Positions 49,016 to 59,751 of a stretch of 64,000 nucleotides of DNA are shown in pieces. The position numbers and the translations under genes are program-made. The first letter of the stretch is position 1; each line of letters begins with the position of its first letter. The notes under the pieces were generated by a model. That model was not told where the DNA came from. It ran no database searches and worked only from the letters and a program-made list of their open reading frames with translations. Source of the stretch: an uncultured Gammaproteobacteria bacterium (GTDB lineage Bacteria > Patescibacteriota > Patescibacteriia > VMEV01 > CAZAJQ01); contig CAZAJQ010000007.1 of the NCBI GenBank assembly GCA_964485795.1, forward strand, positions 3,880 through 67,879, read 5' to 3'.

Positions 49016-49933
49016 CTACTCTCCACTTTCCAACTTCTCCTCTGTCTTATCAGAAGAGGAGTTACTCTTGTCAAGGAGCTTGTACCTATACAGCTTTTCC
49101 TCTTTATGAGAGGAGCTACTCTTGTAGAGATACGCATCCTCTCCGGTTTCAGGCGTATTGAAATTCGACTCCTGAAACTTTTTGAGCTGCTCCGTGTAAC
49201 TTACAGAAAAAAAATTTTGACTCGTAAAAAAATTATATTCAAGGTCAGAAGTATATCTTTGAGAAATACTTTCCAATTTCTTTTCTAAATCTTCCTTCGA
49301 AATATTTTCGAAGAAATAGAGAATTTTCTTTTTACTTGTTGGGTGTATGAAGGCAATAAAAAAGAATTTAAATTCTTCCACCCAATATACCTTTTTAGCA
49401 AATTGGCCTTGCTTTGCCGTTTTCCCTTGAGTCTCAGAATCATTTTTCAACTCGAATATCTGCGAAGACACATCACTTCTTGAGAACCCTGTAAATGCAA
49501 CCAAAAGCTTTCGATAATGAAGTATCTGCTTCTGTGCTTCTTGTTGCTTCGCGGGATCTTTTGATAGTAACAGTATGCGCTGACTTTGGATCTGCAGCTT
49601 GAGATTTCTTACTATGCGCTCCACTGAGCGCATCAACGATTCATGACTTTCATAATTTCGCATTCCATCAATGATTTCGGCAATATTGCCTTTATTAACG
49701 GCATCCATTAAAATTATTGCCATCTTATGTTTGCGTTCATACATTTCTTTTACCAATGGATGCATCTCCCCTGCCATCTCATCATCTCTTTTTCCCGCAG
49801 ATTTTGCCTCTGTCACTGGCCCAACTAATGCTTTTGAAGCCTCCTCTTTTTTCTCTTGTCCAAAAGAGATGATAGAAAACCCGCACATGGCGACAATAAA
49901 AGCACCGAGAACGAGAACTTTTTTGTGGTTCAT
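49016..49933 (-). CDS. Exported orphan protein
   Basis: Signal peptide, AAGGAGG upstream, hairpin AAGACCATT..AATGGTCTT downstream. Confidence 0.75.
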   Translation of the reverse strand: MNHKKVLVLGAFIVAMCGFSIISFGQEKKEEASKALVGPVTEAKSAGKRDDEMAGEMHPLVKEMYERKHKMAIILMDAVNKGNIAEIIDGMRNYESHESLMRSVERIVRNLKLQIQSQRILLLSKDPAKQQEAQKQILHYRKLLVAFTGFSRSDVSSQIFELKNDSETQGKTAKQGQFAKKVYWVEEFKFFFIAFIHPTSKKKILYFFENISKEDLEKKLESISQRYTSDLEYNFFTSQNFFSVSYTEQLKKFQESNFNTPETGEDAYLYKSSSSHKEEKLYRYKLLDKSNSSSDKTEEKLESGE

Positions 49934-50035
49934 TTTTTTGAACCTCCTTTTAAAATAACAAGCACTTTTTCTTGAGAATCACCACGATTCTCGATAAGAG
50001 ATTATTTGTATCTTAATTATGGGATTTTGTCAATA

Positions 50036-50064
50036 TTGCCATCCCTTGACTTTTTCGCTATAGT
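50036..50064 (+). promoter_or_regulatory. Putative rpsA promoter
   Basis: TTGCCA-17 bp-TATAGT. Confidence 0.55.
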
Positions 50065-50193
50065 TCGAGCACATGCAGGATTTATATCCGTTTCCGCCTC
50101 CTGCCGGAAACACCCATACTCCACTGCGGGAAGGGATATAACCGTACATACACACAAAAAGACGGTTTTCACAATACCTCTTTTTTATTTTTT

Positions 50194-51384
50194 ATGAACG
50201 AAAACACTCAACCAAAAAATCAGCTGCAAATCATGGATGATCTCATCGCAAAAAAGATGATCATCACCGTCCCAAAAATCGGCGAAATCGTCCGCGGAAA
50301 AGTCATCAGCATTTCCAGTAAAGAAGTCTTGATCGACTTGGCCGGACTCTCCACGGGCATCGTCCGCGGTCGCGAACTCTATGACGCCAGCGGCGAATAC
50401 TCCGAGTTGAAAGTCGGCGACGACGTGCAGGCAACCGTCATCGACATCGAAAACGAACGCGGAGAATTGGAACTGTCTTTTGCCTTGGCCGGACATCAAA
50501 AAGCTTGGGATCACCTCGAAAACGTTTCCAAAGAAAACAAAATCGTGCAGGCCAAAATCGTCAGCGCCAACAAAGGAGGGCTGATGGCAAAAATCGGGCA
50601 TATCGTCGGATTTTTGCCGGTATCGCAGCTTTCACCGGAGAATTATCCCCGCGTCGAAGGCGGTGACAAGGTAAAAATCCTCGAAAAGCTCAATAAACTC
50701 GTCAATAAACATCTGGACGTGAAGGTGATCGACGTGGACGAAAAGGACGAAAAATTGATCGTGTCCGAAAAAGCCGCATGGGAAGAAAAACAGCAAAGCA
50801 CGATTTCCAAATACAAGGTGGGCAATGTCGTCGAGGGCAAGGTGACGGGCATCATTAATTTCGGCGTTTTCGTGGAATTCGGCGACGGGCTGGAAGGATT
50901 GGTGCATATCTCCGAACTCGCATGGCAACGCATCGAAGATCCCAGTCAGGTGGTGAAAGTCGGCGACCATGTGCAAGCCAAGATCATCAGCATCGACGGA
51001 TCGCGCATATCGCTTTCCATGAAAAAACTCCAACAAGATCCATGGCTGGAACTTGCAAAAAAATACAAGGTCGGAGACATGGTCGAAGGAAAGATCATCA
51101 AGGTAAACCCTTTCGGATTCTTCGTCGAGCTGGATGCCGATATTCATGGACTGGCTCATATTTCCGAGCTTTCGGACAAACCCATCACATCACCCGAACC
51201 TATCGCCAAAGAAAACGATACGCTGAAATTCCGAATCATATCGATCGAACCGCACAATCATCGTCTCGGACTTTCTCTCAAACTCAAATCCGAAAAAAAA
51301 TCGTCGGAAAAAGATGAAAAACCCGTCACTCCGTCCGCAGCTCCGGAAACAAAGGAGGAAGAAACTGCAAAAAGCAATGAATGA
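50194..51384 (+). CDS. rpsA: 30S ribosomal protein S1 (4 S1 domains)
   Basis: GFLPVSQL, FGVFVE..EGLVHISEL, GLAHISEL. Confidence 0.93.
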   Translation: MNENTQPKNQLQIMDDLIAKKMIITVPKIGEIVRGKVISISSKEVLIDLAGLSTGIVRGRELYDASGEYSELKVGDDVQATVIDIENERGELELSFALAGHQKAWDHLENVSKENKIVQAKIVSANKGGLMAKIGHIVGFLPVSQLSPENYPRVEGGDKVKILEKLNKLVNKHLDVKVIDVDEKDEKLIVSEKAAWEEKQQSTISKYKVGNVVEGKVTGIINFGVFVEFGDGLEGLVHISELAWQRIEDPSQVVKVGDHVQAKIISIDGSRISLSMKKLQQDPWLELAKKYKVGDMVEGKIIKVNPFGFFVELDADIHGLAHISELSDKPITSPEPIAKENDTLKFRIISIEPHNHRLGLSLKLKSEKKSSEKDEKPVTPSAAPETKEEETAKSNE

Positions 51385-51503
51385 CGTCGTGCGCCCGTCA
51401 ACGGGGCATGGTATACTTTTTTACAATGTCGAGACCGTGAAAAATCTCTTATTGCATCGTTTCTCAGCAATTTCATGTTGAGCGAACGAATGATAGTGTC
51501 GCT

Positions 51504-53357
51504 ATGAAAAAAAATTTGACGAAAAATTTTTTCACCTTTCTTCTCGTATTTTTCATCATCGCGGCTTTTTTCAGCCTCTACACGGATGAAAGCAAAAAAG
51601 AAGAAAGAATTTCCATCCAACAGCTCCTCCAAAGCATCGAAGATGAAAAGGTGGAGAGTATTCTCGTGGAAGGCAATACCATCCATGCGGTGACGGAAAA
51701 TGGCAGCAAGTACTTCACGCTCAAAGAACCTCTCGAAACTTTCTCGCAACTTGCGGATAATTACGGCGTGGACAAAACCAAGCTCAAAAATATTCGCATC
51801 GAAACCAAGGAAGAATCCGGATTCGGATTCTGGTTGCGATCTTTGGCGCCCATCCTGATTCCTTTTTTCCTCATCGCCGTGCTCGTCTGGTTCATGCTGC
51901 GGCAGATTCAAGGCGCCAATTCTCGCGCCATGATGTTTGGCCAAAGCTCGGCTCGGCAGGTCAATAAATCCAAAAACAAAATCACCTTCAAAGACGTGGC
52001 CGGAGCCAAAGAAGCCAAAGAAGAACTCCAAGAAATCGTCGAATTTCTTCTCAATCCCGAAAAATTCCGCAAGGTTGGCGCCACGATTCCACGCGGTGTT
52101 CTGCTCATGGGTCCTCCCGGAACCGGAAAAACTTTGCTTGCCAAGGCCGTAGCCGGCGAAGCGAATGTTCCGTTTTTCACGATTTCCGGATCCGAATTCG
52201 TGGAAATGTTCGTCGGAGTCGGAGCGTCGCGCGTGCGGGATCTGTTTAAAAAGGCGAAAAAAAATTCACCGTGCATCATTTTCATCGACGAAATCGACGC
52301 CGTGGGTAGACAAAGGGGCACGGGATTGGGAGGCTCGCACGATGAACGCGAACAAACGCTCAACCAAATCCTCGTGGAAATGGACGGCTTTGACACCAAG
52401 ACCAATGTCATCGTCATGGCCGCGACCAACCGCCCGGATGTGCTTGATCCTGCTTTGTTGCGTCCGGGTCGATTTGATCGCCGCGTGGTGCTTGAAAGGC
52501 CGGACATCAATGAACGTGAAATGATCCTCAAGGTGCACAGTCGCAAAAAGCCGCTGGATAAGGCCGTGAATTTGCGAAAAATAGCGGAGCTGACTCCCGG
52601 GTTTTCGGGTGCCGACCTTGCGAATCTCATCAATGAAGCCGCCATTCTTACGGCTCGGAAAAATCAGCAGCATATCACGCAGGACAACCTGTCCATCAGC
52701 ATTGAAAAAGTCATGCTCGGACCGGAACGAAAAAGCCATATTCTCTCGGAAAAAGAAAAACGCATCACCGCCTATCATGAAGCCGGGCACGCCCTTGTGG
52801 CGCATTCTCTGGAACACAGCGACACGGTGAGAAAAGTTTCCATCATCTCGCGCGGGAGAGCGGCGGGATACACGATCAAGCTTCCCCTCGAGGATAAAAA
52901 AATGCACAGCAAGGCGGAATTCATCGATGAACTCGCCGTGCTTTTGGGAGGACAAACCGCGGAAAAGGTTTTTTTCAAAGATTTTACCACCGGCGCATCC
53001 AATGATCTTCAAAAGGCCACGCAAATCGCCATGAGCTTGGTCACCAGATACGGCATGTCGGACGTATTGCCGCCTCGAACCTTTGGCGAGCATGAAGAGC
53101 TGATATTTTTGGGTAAGGAAATTCACGAACAGCGTGATTATTCCGAAAAGACCTCGCAACGCATCGACGAAGAGATCGAGCTTCTCATCAATACGGCCGC
53201 AAAAACGGCTCACCGCATCATCACCGAAAAAAGAGCCGTCATGGATCGCATCGTGGAAGTGCTCATGAAAAAAGAAACCATCGACGGAGATGAATTCAAT
53301 CAGATGATTGACGGCACATATCGGGTAATGGACAAACCAGCGAAAAAAAAAACATAA
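51504..53357 (+). CDS. ftsH: ATP-dependent Zn protease FtsH
   Basis: Two TMs, [30 protein letters not shown]. Confidence 0.98.
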   Translation: MKKNLTKNFFTFLLVFFIIAAFFSLYTDESKKEERISIQQLLQSIEDEKVESILVEGNTIHAVTENGSKYFTLKEPLETFSQLADNYGVDKTKLKNIRIETKEESGFGFWLRSLAPILIPFFLIAVLVWFMLRQIQGANSRAMMFGQSSARQVNKSKNKITFKDVAGAKEAKEELQEIVEFLLNPEKFRKVGATIPRGVLLMGPPGTGKTLLAKAVAGEANVPFFTISGSEFVEMFVGVGASRVRDLFKKAKKNSPCIIFIDEIDAVGRQRGTGLGGSHDEREQTLNQILVEMDGFDTKTNVIVMAATNRPDVLDPALLRPGRFDRRVVLERPDINEREMILKVHSRKKPLDKAVNLRKIAELTPGFSGADLANLINEAAILTARKNQQHITQDNLSISIEKVMLGPERKSHILSEKEKRITAYHEAGHALVAHSLEHSDTVRKVSIISRGRAAGYTIKLPLEDKKMHSKAEFIDELAVLLGGQTAEKVFFKDFTTGASNDLQKATQIAMSLVTRYGMSDVLPPRTFGEHEELIFLGKEIHEQRDYSEKTSQRIDEEIELLINTAAKTAHRIITEKRAVMDRIVEVLMKKETIDGDEFNQMIDGTYRVMDKPAKKKT

Positions 53358-53401
53358 TTCCAACAGCTTTTTATTTTTTAATTAAAAAAAAAAACAAAAA
53401 C

Positions 53402-54280
53402 ATGACGATGAAAAATATTCTCAAAGAATCTTTTTTCTTCACATGGCATCATAAATGGCTTTGGATTTTGGGATTGTTTGCGACTTTGCTCAATTCCATA
53501 GACGGCATTTTCACTCCCGTCAAGCTCCTCTTCGCCATACCGGAATTTTCGGCCTTCTCTTGGCTTTTTTTTCTCAACCGTGAAAAAACCATTGTTTTTT
53601 TTCAAAATATTTTGCTTGATTCCGGCATGGAATTTAAATTTTTTTTCGTCGCAATCCTCTTTGGCCTCGTACTCTCGCAAACCATGATCCTGTTGCGTTT
53701 GAGAAACGCATTTTCCGAAACTTCAAAAAACGCATCGAGAGACTCTTGGCCGCAAGCCTTCGGCAAGACGCTGGGCATCAATGTCATTTTTTATAGCGTC
53801 TCGGCCTTAACCTTGCTTGCGGTAGCGATTCTCGTCGAATGGGCTTCAAGTCGCTACGCGCAAATACTCTTGCTTTTGGGGCTGATCTCATGGCTGGTGT
53901 TTTTCTCCTACATCATTTTATTCGCTTTCATTTTTTCCGTCGTAAAAAATTATCCGTTTATCGCTTCATGGAAGCTGGCGGCGATATTTTTTAAAAAGCA
54001 ATTCGCTCAAACGCTTTCTTTTTCCATTCTCTTGGCTTTTGTGAAAATTTTCCTCTTTGCGGCCATCACCGTTTCCACGGTCATCGTCATCTTGCCGCTT
54101 TCGGTGCTGTATTTCTTCGCCGCCGGCATCGAGCTCGTCTTTGTCACGAATCTGCTCACCAAACTCGGATTCCTCCTTGTGGTATGCGTGGGAGCCCTGT
54201 TTTTTGGCGCATGGACGGTATGGGAATACTGCGCATGGAATCTTTTTGTGAAGCACCATCTTCTCTCTGACAAACCTTAA
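53402..54280 (+). CDS. Multi-pass membrane protein
   Basis: HKWLWILGLFA; about 6 TMs. Confidence 0.75.
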   Translation: MTMKNILKESFFFTWHHKWLWILGLFATLLNSIDGIFTPVKLLFAIPEFSAFSWLFFLNREKTIVFFQNILLDSGMEFKFFFVAILFGLVLSQTMILLRLRNAFSETSKNASRDSWPQAFGKTLGINVIFYSVSALTLLAVAILVEWASSRYAQILLLLGLISWLVFFSYIILFAFIFSVVKNYPFIASWKLAAIFFKKQFAQTLSFSILLAFVKIFLFAAITVSTVIVILPLSVLYFFAAGIELVFVTNLLTKLGFLLVVCVGALFFGAWTVWEYCAWNLFVKHHLLSDKP

Positions 54281-54296
54281 TATTGTTTTCATATCA

Positions 54297-56024
54297 ATGC
54301 CCATCTCCTCCATCGAAAATCTTTTCGCCAAAAAAAAAGGAACTTCGGACACAACCGGTTCGGCTGAAGAAAAACTTTCAGAAAAAATGAAACTCATGAA
54401 AATCAAAGATTTTGAGCGTGTCGTCGCGTCAAAAGCCTCTTCCATGAACCTTCCATACCTCTTTTTACAAGGCTTTCCCATCGGTCCGGACACCATCGCC
54501 ATCATCCCGCAGGATCAAGCGCTTTCACTCAAAATCGTCGCCTTTTTTCGATCCACCGAAGAAATCCGAATCGGCGTCGTGGATCCTTCGGTGCAGGGAC
54601 TCTCGGAAATGGTCGAGTATCTCAAAGAGAGATATCATATAGAGCGTCTCATCATCTATCTCATCAGCGAACACAGTTTTTTTGAAGCCATCAAGCTTTA
54701 CAAGGCCGTACCAAAAATCAAAAAAATCCTCAAAGGCGTGGAAATATCGGCAAAAGAAATCGAGAAGTACAAAAAAGAAATCCACGTTCTCTCCGACCTG
54801 CAAAAGATCATCAAAAACGTCAGCATCACGGACATCGTCACCGCTCTCATTTCGCTTGCCATGCAAGTACGCGCATCCGACGTGCATGTGGAGGCCGAGG
54901 CCGAGGATGTCAAGATTCGTTACCGCATCGACGGCATTCTCAATGACGCGGCCGTGCTCCCCCAAGAGCTCTGGGCTCGCATCACTTCGCGCATTAAGCT
55001 TCTCTCCGGACTGAAACTCAATGTCACGACCAAGCCGCAAGACGGACGTTTCACCATTTTCCTCTCCGAAGACAAAATCGACGTCCGAGTTTCCGTGATC
55101 CCCACCACGCACGGTGAAAGCATCGTGCTGCGACTTTTGCGATCTTCGGCAGCCGGTCTCGATTTTCATGACCTCGGCATCACCGGACGCGCCTTCACCG
55201 ACATTTCCGAGGAACTGAGCAAACCAAACGGCATGATCATCACGACCGGCCCCACGGGATCGGGAAAAACGACCACGCTGTACTCCATGCTCACCAATCT
55301 CAATACGCCGGAGACGAAAATCATCACGCTGGAGGATCCGGTGGAGTATAAACTCGAAGGCATCAATCAAAGTCAAATCGATTACAGCAAAGATTATGAT
55401 TTTGCAAACGGATTGCGATCGATTTTGCGTCAGGATCCGGATGTCATCATGGTCGGTGAAATCCGCGACTTGGAAACCGCGGACGTGGCGATCAACGCGG
55501 CCTTGACCGGGCATCTCGTGCTTTCCACCTTGCATACGAACAGCGCGGCCGGAGCCATCCCACGCTTTCTCTCCATGGGTGTGAAGCCCTACCTGCTCTC
55601 ACCGGCGCTCAACGCCATCATCGGACAGCGTCTTGTCAGAAAGGTTTGCCCCCATTGCAAGGTCGAGGACGATCTCGACACGAAAACGCGCGCGGAAGTG
55701 ATAAAAAACCTCGAAAAACTCCCTCCGGAATCGGCCGCGCACATAGACATGAAAGAGTTGCTCACCGCAAAGTTTTATAAAGGCGCAGGATGCAAAGAAT
55801 GTCATGGTATCGGCTATCAGGGTCGTATCGGCATCTATGAAGTCATGATCATGAACAAAGAAATCGAAGCCGCGATTTTGAATCAACAAATATCCGAATA
55901 CAAATTCCAAGACATCTCAACCGCTCGCGGCATGATCACCATGATTCAGGACGGACTCCTGAAAGCTCTCGAAGGCATCACCACCGTGGATGAAGTCTTC
56001 CGCGTGGCGAAAGTGATTGGGTGA
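54297..56024 (+). CDS. pilB: Type IV pilus assembly ATPase (PilB/GspE)
   Basis: ASDVHVE, PQDGR, GPTGSGKTT, LRQDPD, CPHC/CKEC. Confidence 0.92.
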   Translation: MPISSIENLFAKKKGTSDTTGSAEEKLSEKMKLMKIKDFERVVASKASSMNLPYLFLQGFPIGPDTIAIIPQDQALSLKIVAFFRSTEEIRIGVVDPSVQGLSEMVEYLKERYHIERLIIYLISEHSFFEAIKLYKAVPKIKKILKGVEISAKEIEKYKKEIHVLSDLQKIIKNVSITDIVTALISLAMQVRASDVHVEAEAEDVKIRYRIDGILNDAAVLPQELWARITSRIKLLSGLKLNVTTKPQDGRFTIFLSEDKIDVRVSVIPTTHGESIVLRLLRSSAAGLDFHDLGITGRAFTDISEELSKPNGMIITTGPTGSGKTTTLYSMLTNLNTPETKIITLEDPVEYKLEGINQSQIDYSKDYDFANGLRSILRQDPDVIMVGEIRDLETADVAINAALTGHLVLSTLHTNSAAGAIPRFLSMGVKPYLLSPALNAIIGQRLVRKVCPHCKVEDDLDTKTRAEVIKNLEKLPPESAAHIDMKELLTAKFYKGAGCKECHGIGYQGRIGIYEVMIMNKEIEAAILNQQISEYKFQDISTARGMITMIQDGLLKALEGITTVDEVFRVAKVIG

Positions 56025-56041
56025 CAACATCCACGTCGAAT

Positions 56042-56127
56042 GGTGCGGATGGCACGGATGAACCTCTGTGTTCATCCGTGCCATCCGCACCCCGCCATTC
56101 CGCGGGGAACACACAGAGGTTCGCCCC
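56042..56127. repeat. Pair of REP-like hairpins
   Basis: 22-bp perfect stem 56042-56091 with loop CTCTGT; second inverted unit GGGGAACACACAGAGGTTCGCCCC. Confidence 0.7.
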
Positions 56128-56149
56128 AAAGCGCGGTTACACACGATAC

Positions 56150-56974
56150 ATGTCTCCCACCACACTCGGAATCATCGGTTATGGATTTGTCGGAAAAGCT
56201 GTCGAACATGGATTTCGCGATGAAAATCATGAAATCCTGATCCACGACAAATTCAAACCATCTCAAGGTCTCGAAAAAGTCGCTGCCGAAAGTGATTTTC
56301 TTTTTGTTTGCGTACCGACGCCGTACAAAAACGACGCCATCGATCTCACCATCATGGACGAAGTTTTGAAACATCTGACGCAATATACCGATGGCACAAA
56401 AAAAATCGTCATCATCAAATCCACGGTTATCCCCGGGACGACGGAACATTACATCAAAAAGTACCCTTCTTCGAATTTTTGTTTCAACCCGGAATTTCTC
56501 ACGGAAAAAAATCATCTCGACGATTTCATCCATGCCGATCGCATCGTCATCGGCGCGGAACATGAGATGATCCTCGATAGGGTTGAAAATCTGTATACAC
56601 GGAAATTCCCCGACACTCCCCTCTTTCGCGCAAAAACCAAGGAAGCCGAAATGTGCAAATACATGGCGAATTGTTTGCTCATGACCAAAGTGATATTCGC
56701 AAACGAGATCTATGACCTGTGCGAATCCTTTGAGATTGATTATAACGCCGTCAAAGACATGGTGGCGGCGGACAAACGCATCGGCTCGTCGCATCTTACG
56801 GTAACAAAGGAACGGGGTTTCGGCGGAAAATGCTTTCCAAAAGACTTGATCGCGATACTCGCCTCGTTTCGGGAACGAGGCGTGGATGCAAGCGTACTCG
56901 AAACGATTTTTGAGAAGAATCTGCGCATCCGAAGGAAAAGAGACTGGGAGGAGATTCCCTTTGTGAAGGGATGA
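56150..56974 (+). CDS. UDP-glucose/GDP-mannose dehydrogenase family, short form
   Basis: IIGYGFVG, CVPTP, KSTV, NPEFL, GFGGKCFPKD. Confidence 0.9.
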   Translation: MSPTTLGIIGYGFVGKAVEHGFRDENHEILIHDKFKPSQGLEKVAAESDFLFVCVPTPYKNDAIDLTIMDEVLKHLTQYTDGTKKIVIIKSTVIPGTTEHYIKKYPSSNFCFNPEFLTEKNHLDDFIHADRIVIGAEHEMILDRVENLYTRKFPDTPLFRAKTKEAEMCKYMANCLLMTKVIFANEIYDLCESFEIDYNAVKDMVAADKRIGSSHLTVTKERGFGGKCFPKDLIAILASFRERGVDASVLETIFEKNLRIRRKRDWEEIPFVKG

Positions 56975-57181
56975 GAAAATACGACTGCGAAAGAAGCTCC
57001 TTTTAAAAAAAAATCAAGGGCAATCAACAATGATCGCCCTTTTTTGTTATAGAAAAAATGCAAGGGGAACTCATTAAACCATAGGAAAATAGGAAAATGG
57101 CTTTCATGAGCAAAAAAAGCATATATGCGGGGAGCCAGAGGAAGCGAGTGGCTCGCGAGCCGCCCGTATCGAAAAAAAATG

Positions 57182-57208
57182 AAGAGATGCTTTTTAAGGG
57201 CATCTCTT
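57182..57208. terminator. Terminator hairpin
   Basis: AAGAGATGC...GCATCTCTT. Confidence 0.6.
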
Positions 57209-57222
57209 TGAGAAAGATTTTT

Positions 57223-58335
57223 TTATTTTAAAATTATTGACCACCTCTCCGCCGGAACAGTTCGCTCAGTCCCCGCGGAAATGATTTTGCCGCCGATATC
57301 AAAAACCGAATAAGTGTTTCCCGCGGGAAATGAGAGCTTCACGTCAAAAACATTATTGTTGTACACGACAATGCTCTTCGTTCTTTCGGTGAAAAAGACG
57401 TTTTGAGCGGTACCGCCGGCGTCGGTCACCTTGATGCCGGCATACACATTGGTGCTGAGCGGCTCGCCAAGGGCATTGCCATAATCCCTGCCGACTATGG
57501 CAGGAGTCGTAACATCACTGCGATCCGTGGATATCTTGGTTAAAGAAAACCAAAGATTTTTATAACCTTTCGCATCGTAGTGCAAAACCAACCCCACGAG
57601 ATCCACTTCATGTCTCAGTTTTTCGGCATCCGTACTGACCGTACTCTGATCCGCTTCAATCATATAACGGACATCTTTGTTTGCCGGGATAAACTGTACA
57701 TAATCCTTGGCGCGAAGGGACTCATCACCGCAAATAATGGTGGTATTATTGCGATAGGAATGAGTTTTTCTCAAATTCCACTGAAAACTCCCATTTATGC
57801 CTCCGCAGCTCATCAACATCACATATCCTTTGGCTTTAATCTCATCGATGATCGTTGATATTCCTGCGGTGTCCTTATCAACCGAGTCAAGAAATACGCC
57901 AAAGGTCGCATCATTGGTGTTGGTCGGCTTCACAGAGTTGATATAGCTCCAAAACTTGATGCGAACCGTATCAAGCTCAAACTTGACACGGTATCTGCCG
58001 TCAAATTCGTCCGCGATATCAGAACCGGTGAGATTTCCCCATTTTCCAAGCAAATTGCTCGGCTCGGATCGTGTGGGATAATACAATGCGACAATCGTCT
58101 TTGGCTGTAAAAATCTCAGATCAGTGCTCGCATTCGTGGAATTGGTCCATCCTTTCACCGGACCGATGATCGTCAATTTTTGCAGCTGATCCACGGCGAT
58201 GAGAAGGCCAAATTGGGGGATCTGATATTCGGGAGGCTGGGGAGCCGGATCCGGCTTTGGCTTCGGACACCCCAAAAAGCATTGGAACAATAAGAACACG
58301 AGCACCATGAAAAGACATCTCATGAGCTTTTTCAT
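57223..58335 (-). CDS. Orphan putative lipoprotein with Pro-rich linker
   Basis: MKKLMRCLFMVLVFLLFQCFLG-C, PKPKPDPAPQPP; AGGAG upstream. Confidence 0.75.
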   Translation of the reverse strand: MKKLMRCLFMVLVFLLFQCFLGCPKPKPDPAPQPPEYQIPQFGLLIAVDQLQKLTIIGPVKGWTNSTNASTDLRFLQPKTIVALYYPTRSEPSNLLGKWGNLTGSDIADEFDGRYRVKFELDTVRIKFWSYINSVKPTNTNDATFGVFLDSVDKDTAGISTIIDEIKAKGYVMLMSCGGINGSFQWNLRKTHSYRNNTTIICGDESLRAKDYVQFIPANKDVRYMIEADQSTVSTDAEKLRHEVDLVGLVLHYDAKGYKNLWFSLTKISTDRSDVTTPAIVGRDYGNALGEPLSTNVYAGIKVTDAGGTAQNVFFTERTKSIVVYNNNVFDVKLSFPAGNTYSVFDIGGKIISAGTERTVPAERWSIILK

Positions 58336-58542
58336 GTCATGACTCCTAAAAAAAGGAAAGACCTCTTCAGAGGCCAAAAAATTTCAAACGACATTCAAGA
58401 AATCATCGAAAGATAGCATGAAGAAAAATGAAATGCAATGGCAAAAATGAAAGAGAGGGCGAACGGCTCGCCAATCCTTCGCCTACCGACTCAGCAGGCT
58501 ATTGATGACACACGAGCCGCCCGTACAAATTTTCTCAAAAGA

Positions 58543-58571
58543 AAAAGAGATGCCCCCATTGCATCTCTTTT
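58543..58571. terminator. Terminator hairpin
   Basis: AAAAGAGATGC-cccatt-GCATCTCTTTT. Confidence 0.65.
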
Positions 58572-58581
58572 AAAATTTTTT

Positions 58582-59301
58582 CTAATATTTTCTTTCCCTC
58601 ACATCTCTTCCGTTGAGTGTGATATCTCCCATGAAGGATTTATGTGCAATTTCTATGCAATGAAAATTGCCTTTAAGGCGGATATCACCGCTGCCATAAG
58701 TGCTGGCAAAAACATTTTTCGCGCATCCGGTGATTTTTACGTCGCCCATTCCTTTATTCAGGATTGAAAGAGTAGAAAACTCCAGTCCATCCGCATTGAA
58801 ATCCGAAATATTATCATGATGAATTTGCAAATGGGCATCGATTTTCCCCATGCCTCGCATCTTCCGACAATCATTGATCCGAACTTCCGTCCTGCATGGG
58901 ACATAGATGGTCACGGATTTTGCAAAAATGCTGTCTTTGCCGTCAATGATGACCGTGTCTCCTACTTTTTCGACCGTCGTTCTGACAAAGGAATCGTCAT
59001 CCATCACGATTCTAATTTTTCTCCCATCCGCGGGACGAAACGTGATACACTCGCGGTAATTTTTAATCAACAAATTTTTTGCTGAGGGCTGATTTGAAGA
59101 GTGGTGAACATGTCGAGGTTCAGAAACATCAGACTTCCCGACTTTGTAAGTCGTGTTTCGAAACTCATGGGATTCGTATCTTTCGCTCCCCGAGTCCCCT
59201 GAGTAATAGGAGTAGCTCGCAAATCGAGATCCCGTAAGCCATGCATCACATCCGGAAACCATAGTGAGAACCAGAAAAAAAAGAGCATAATGTGTATTCA
59301 T
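58582..59301 (-). CDS. Putative lipoprotein with DUF2807/GIN-like repeats
   Basis: VSG-C lipobox; GMGDVKITG, GSGDIRLKG, FMGDITLNG. Confidence 0.65.
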   Translation of the reverse strand: MNTHYALFFLVLTMVSGCDAWLTGSRFASYSYYSGDSGSERYESHEFRNTTYKVGKSDVSEPRHVHHSSNQPSAKNLLIKNYRECITFRPADGRKIRIVMDDDSFVRTTVEKVGDTVIIDGKDSIFAKSVTIYVPCRTEVRINDCRKMRGMGKIDAHLQIHHDNISDFNADGLEFSTLSILNKGMGDVKITGCAKNVFASTYGSGDIRLKGNFHCIEIAHKSFMGDITLNGRDVRERKY

Positions 59302-59629
59302 TTTTCGAACTTTTCAAAAAATAGTGAAATATACCCGTCAAAACACTTTAACGGAGTGGTATTTATAACATATTTATCCATAAATAGCAATATTTTTCAC
59401 AATTTTTGTTTTAAAAATGACAATTAATTAAGAGCGATGGAATCAATCATCCCTGATGAAAAAAAATAATCGTCCATACTCTACTGCTGAGCAAATATTC
59501 TCTTATAGCCATTTTTGTGCTAAGATATAGTAAAAAATTACTAACCGAATCAGTCTCACAAAATACTAAATTTGACAAAAATAATACTTTGTGATTAAAT
59601 GTATAGTTCTTTCAATCATAAACTTCCCC

Positions 59630-59751
59630 AAAAAACGCTCGGTGATGCAAGGATTTGATGAATGAGATGTTCATGAAAGCCTTGTTTTACCGAAAATGTT
59701 TTTCGATAAACGTTCTATTTATTTTTTAAAAAAGGAGTTCGACATGGAAAA
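59630..59751 (+). repeat. Duplicated 5' leader, copy 1
   Basis: 59630-59727 matches 60391-60488 with one substitution; similarity continues through RBS and ATGGAAAA. Confidence 0.9.

Noticed and set aside
2525-55535. Long alternative ORFs (e.g. 2525-3463, 8710-9717, 13694-14758, 36424-37833, 44415-45605, 52266-53363, 54525-55535)
   Set aside because: Antisense shadows of well-supported genes, with no recognisable motifs
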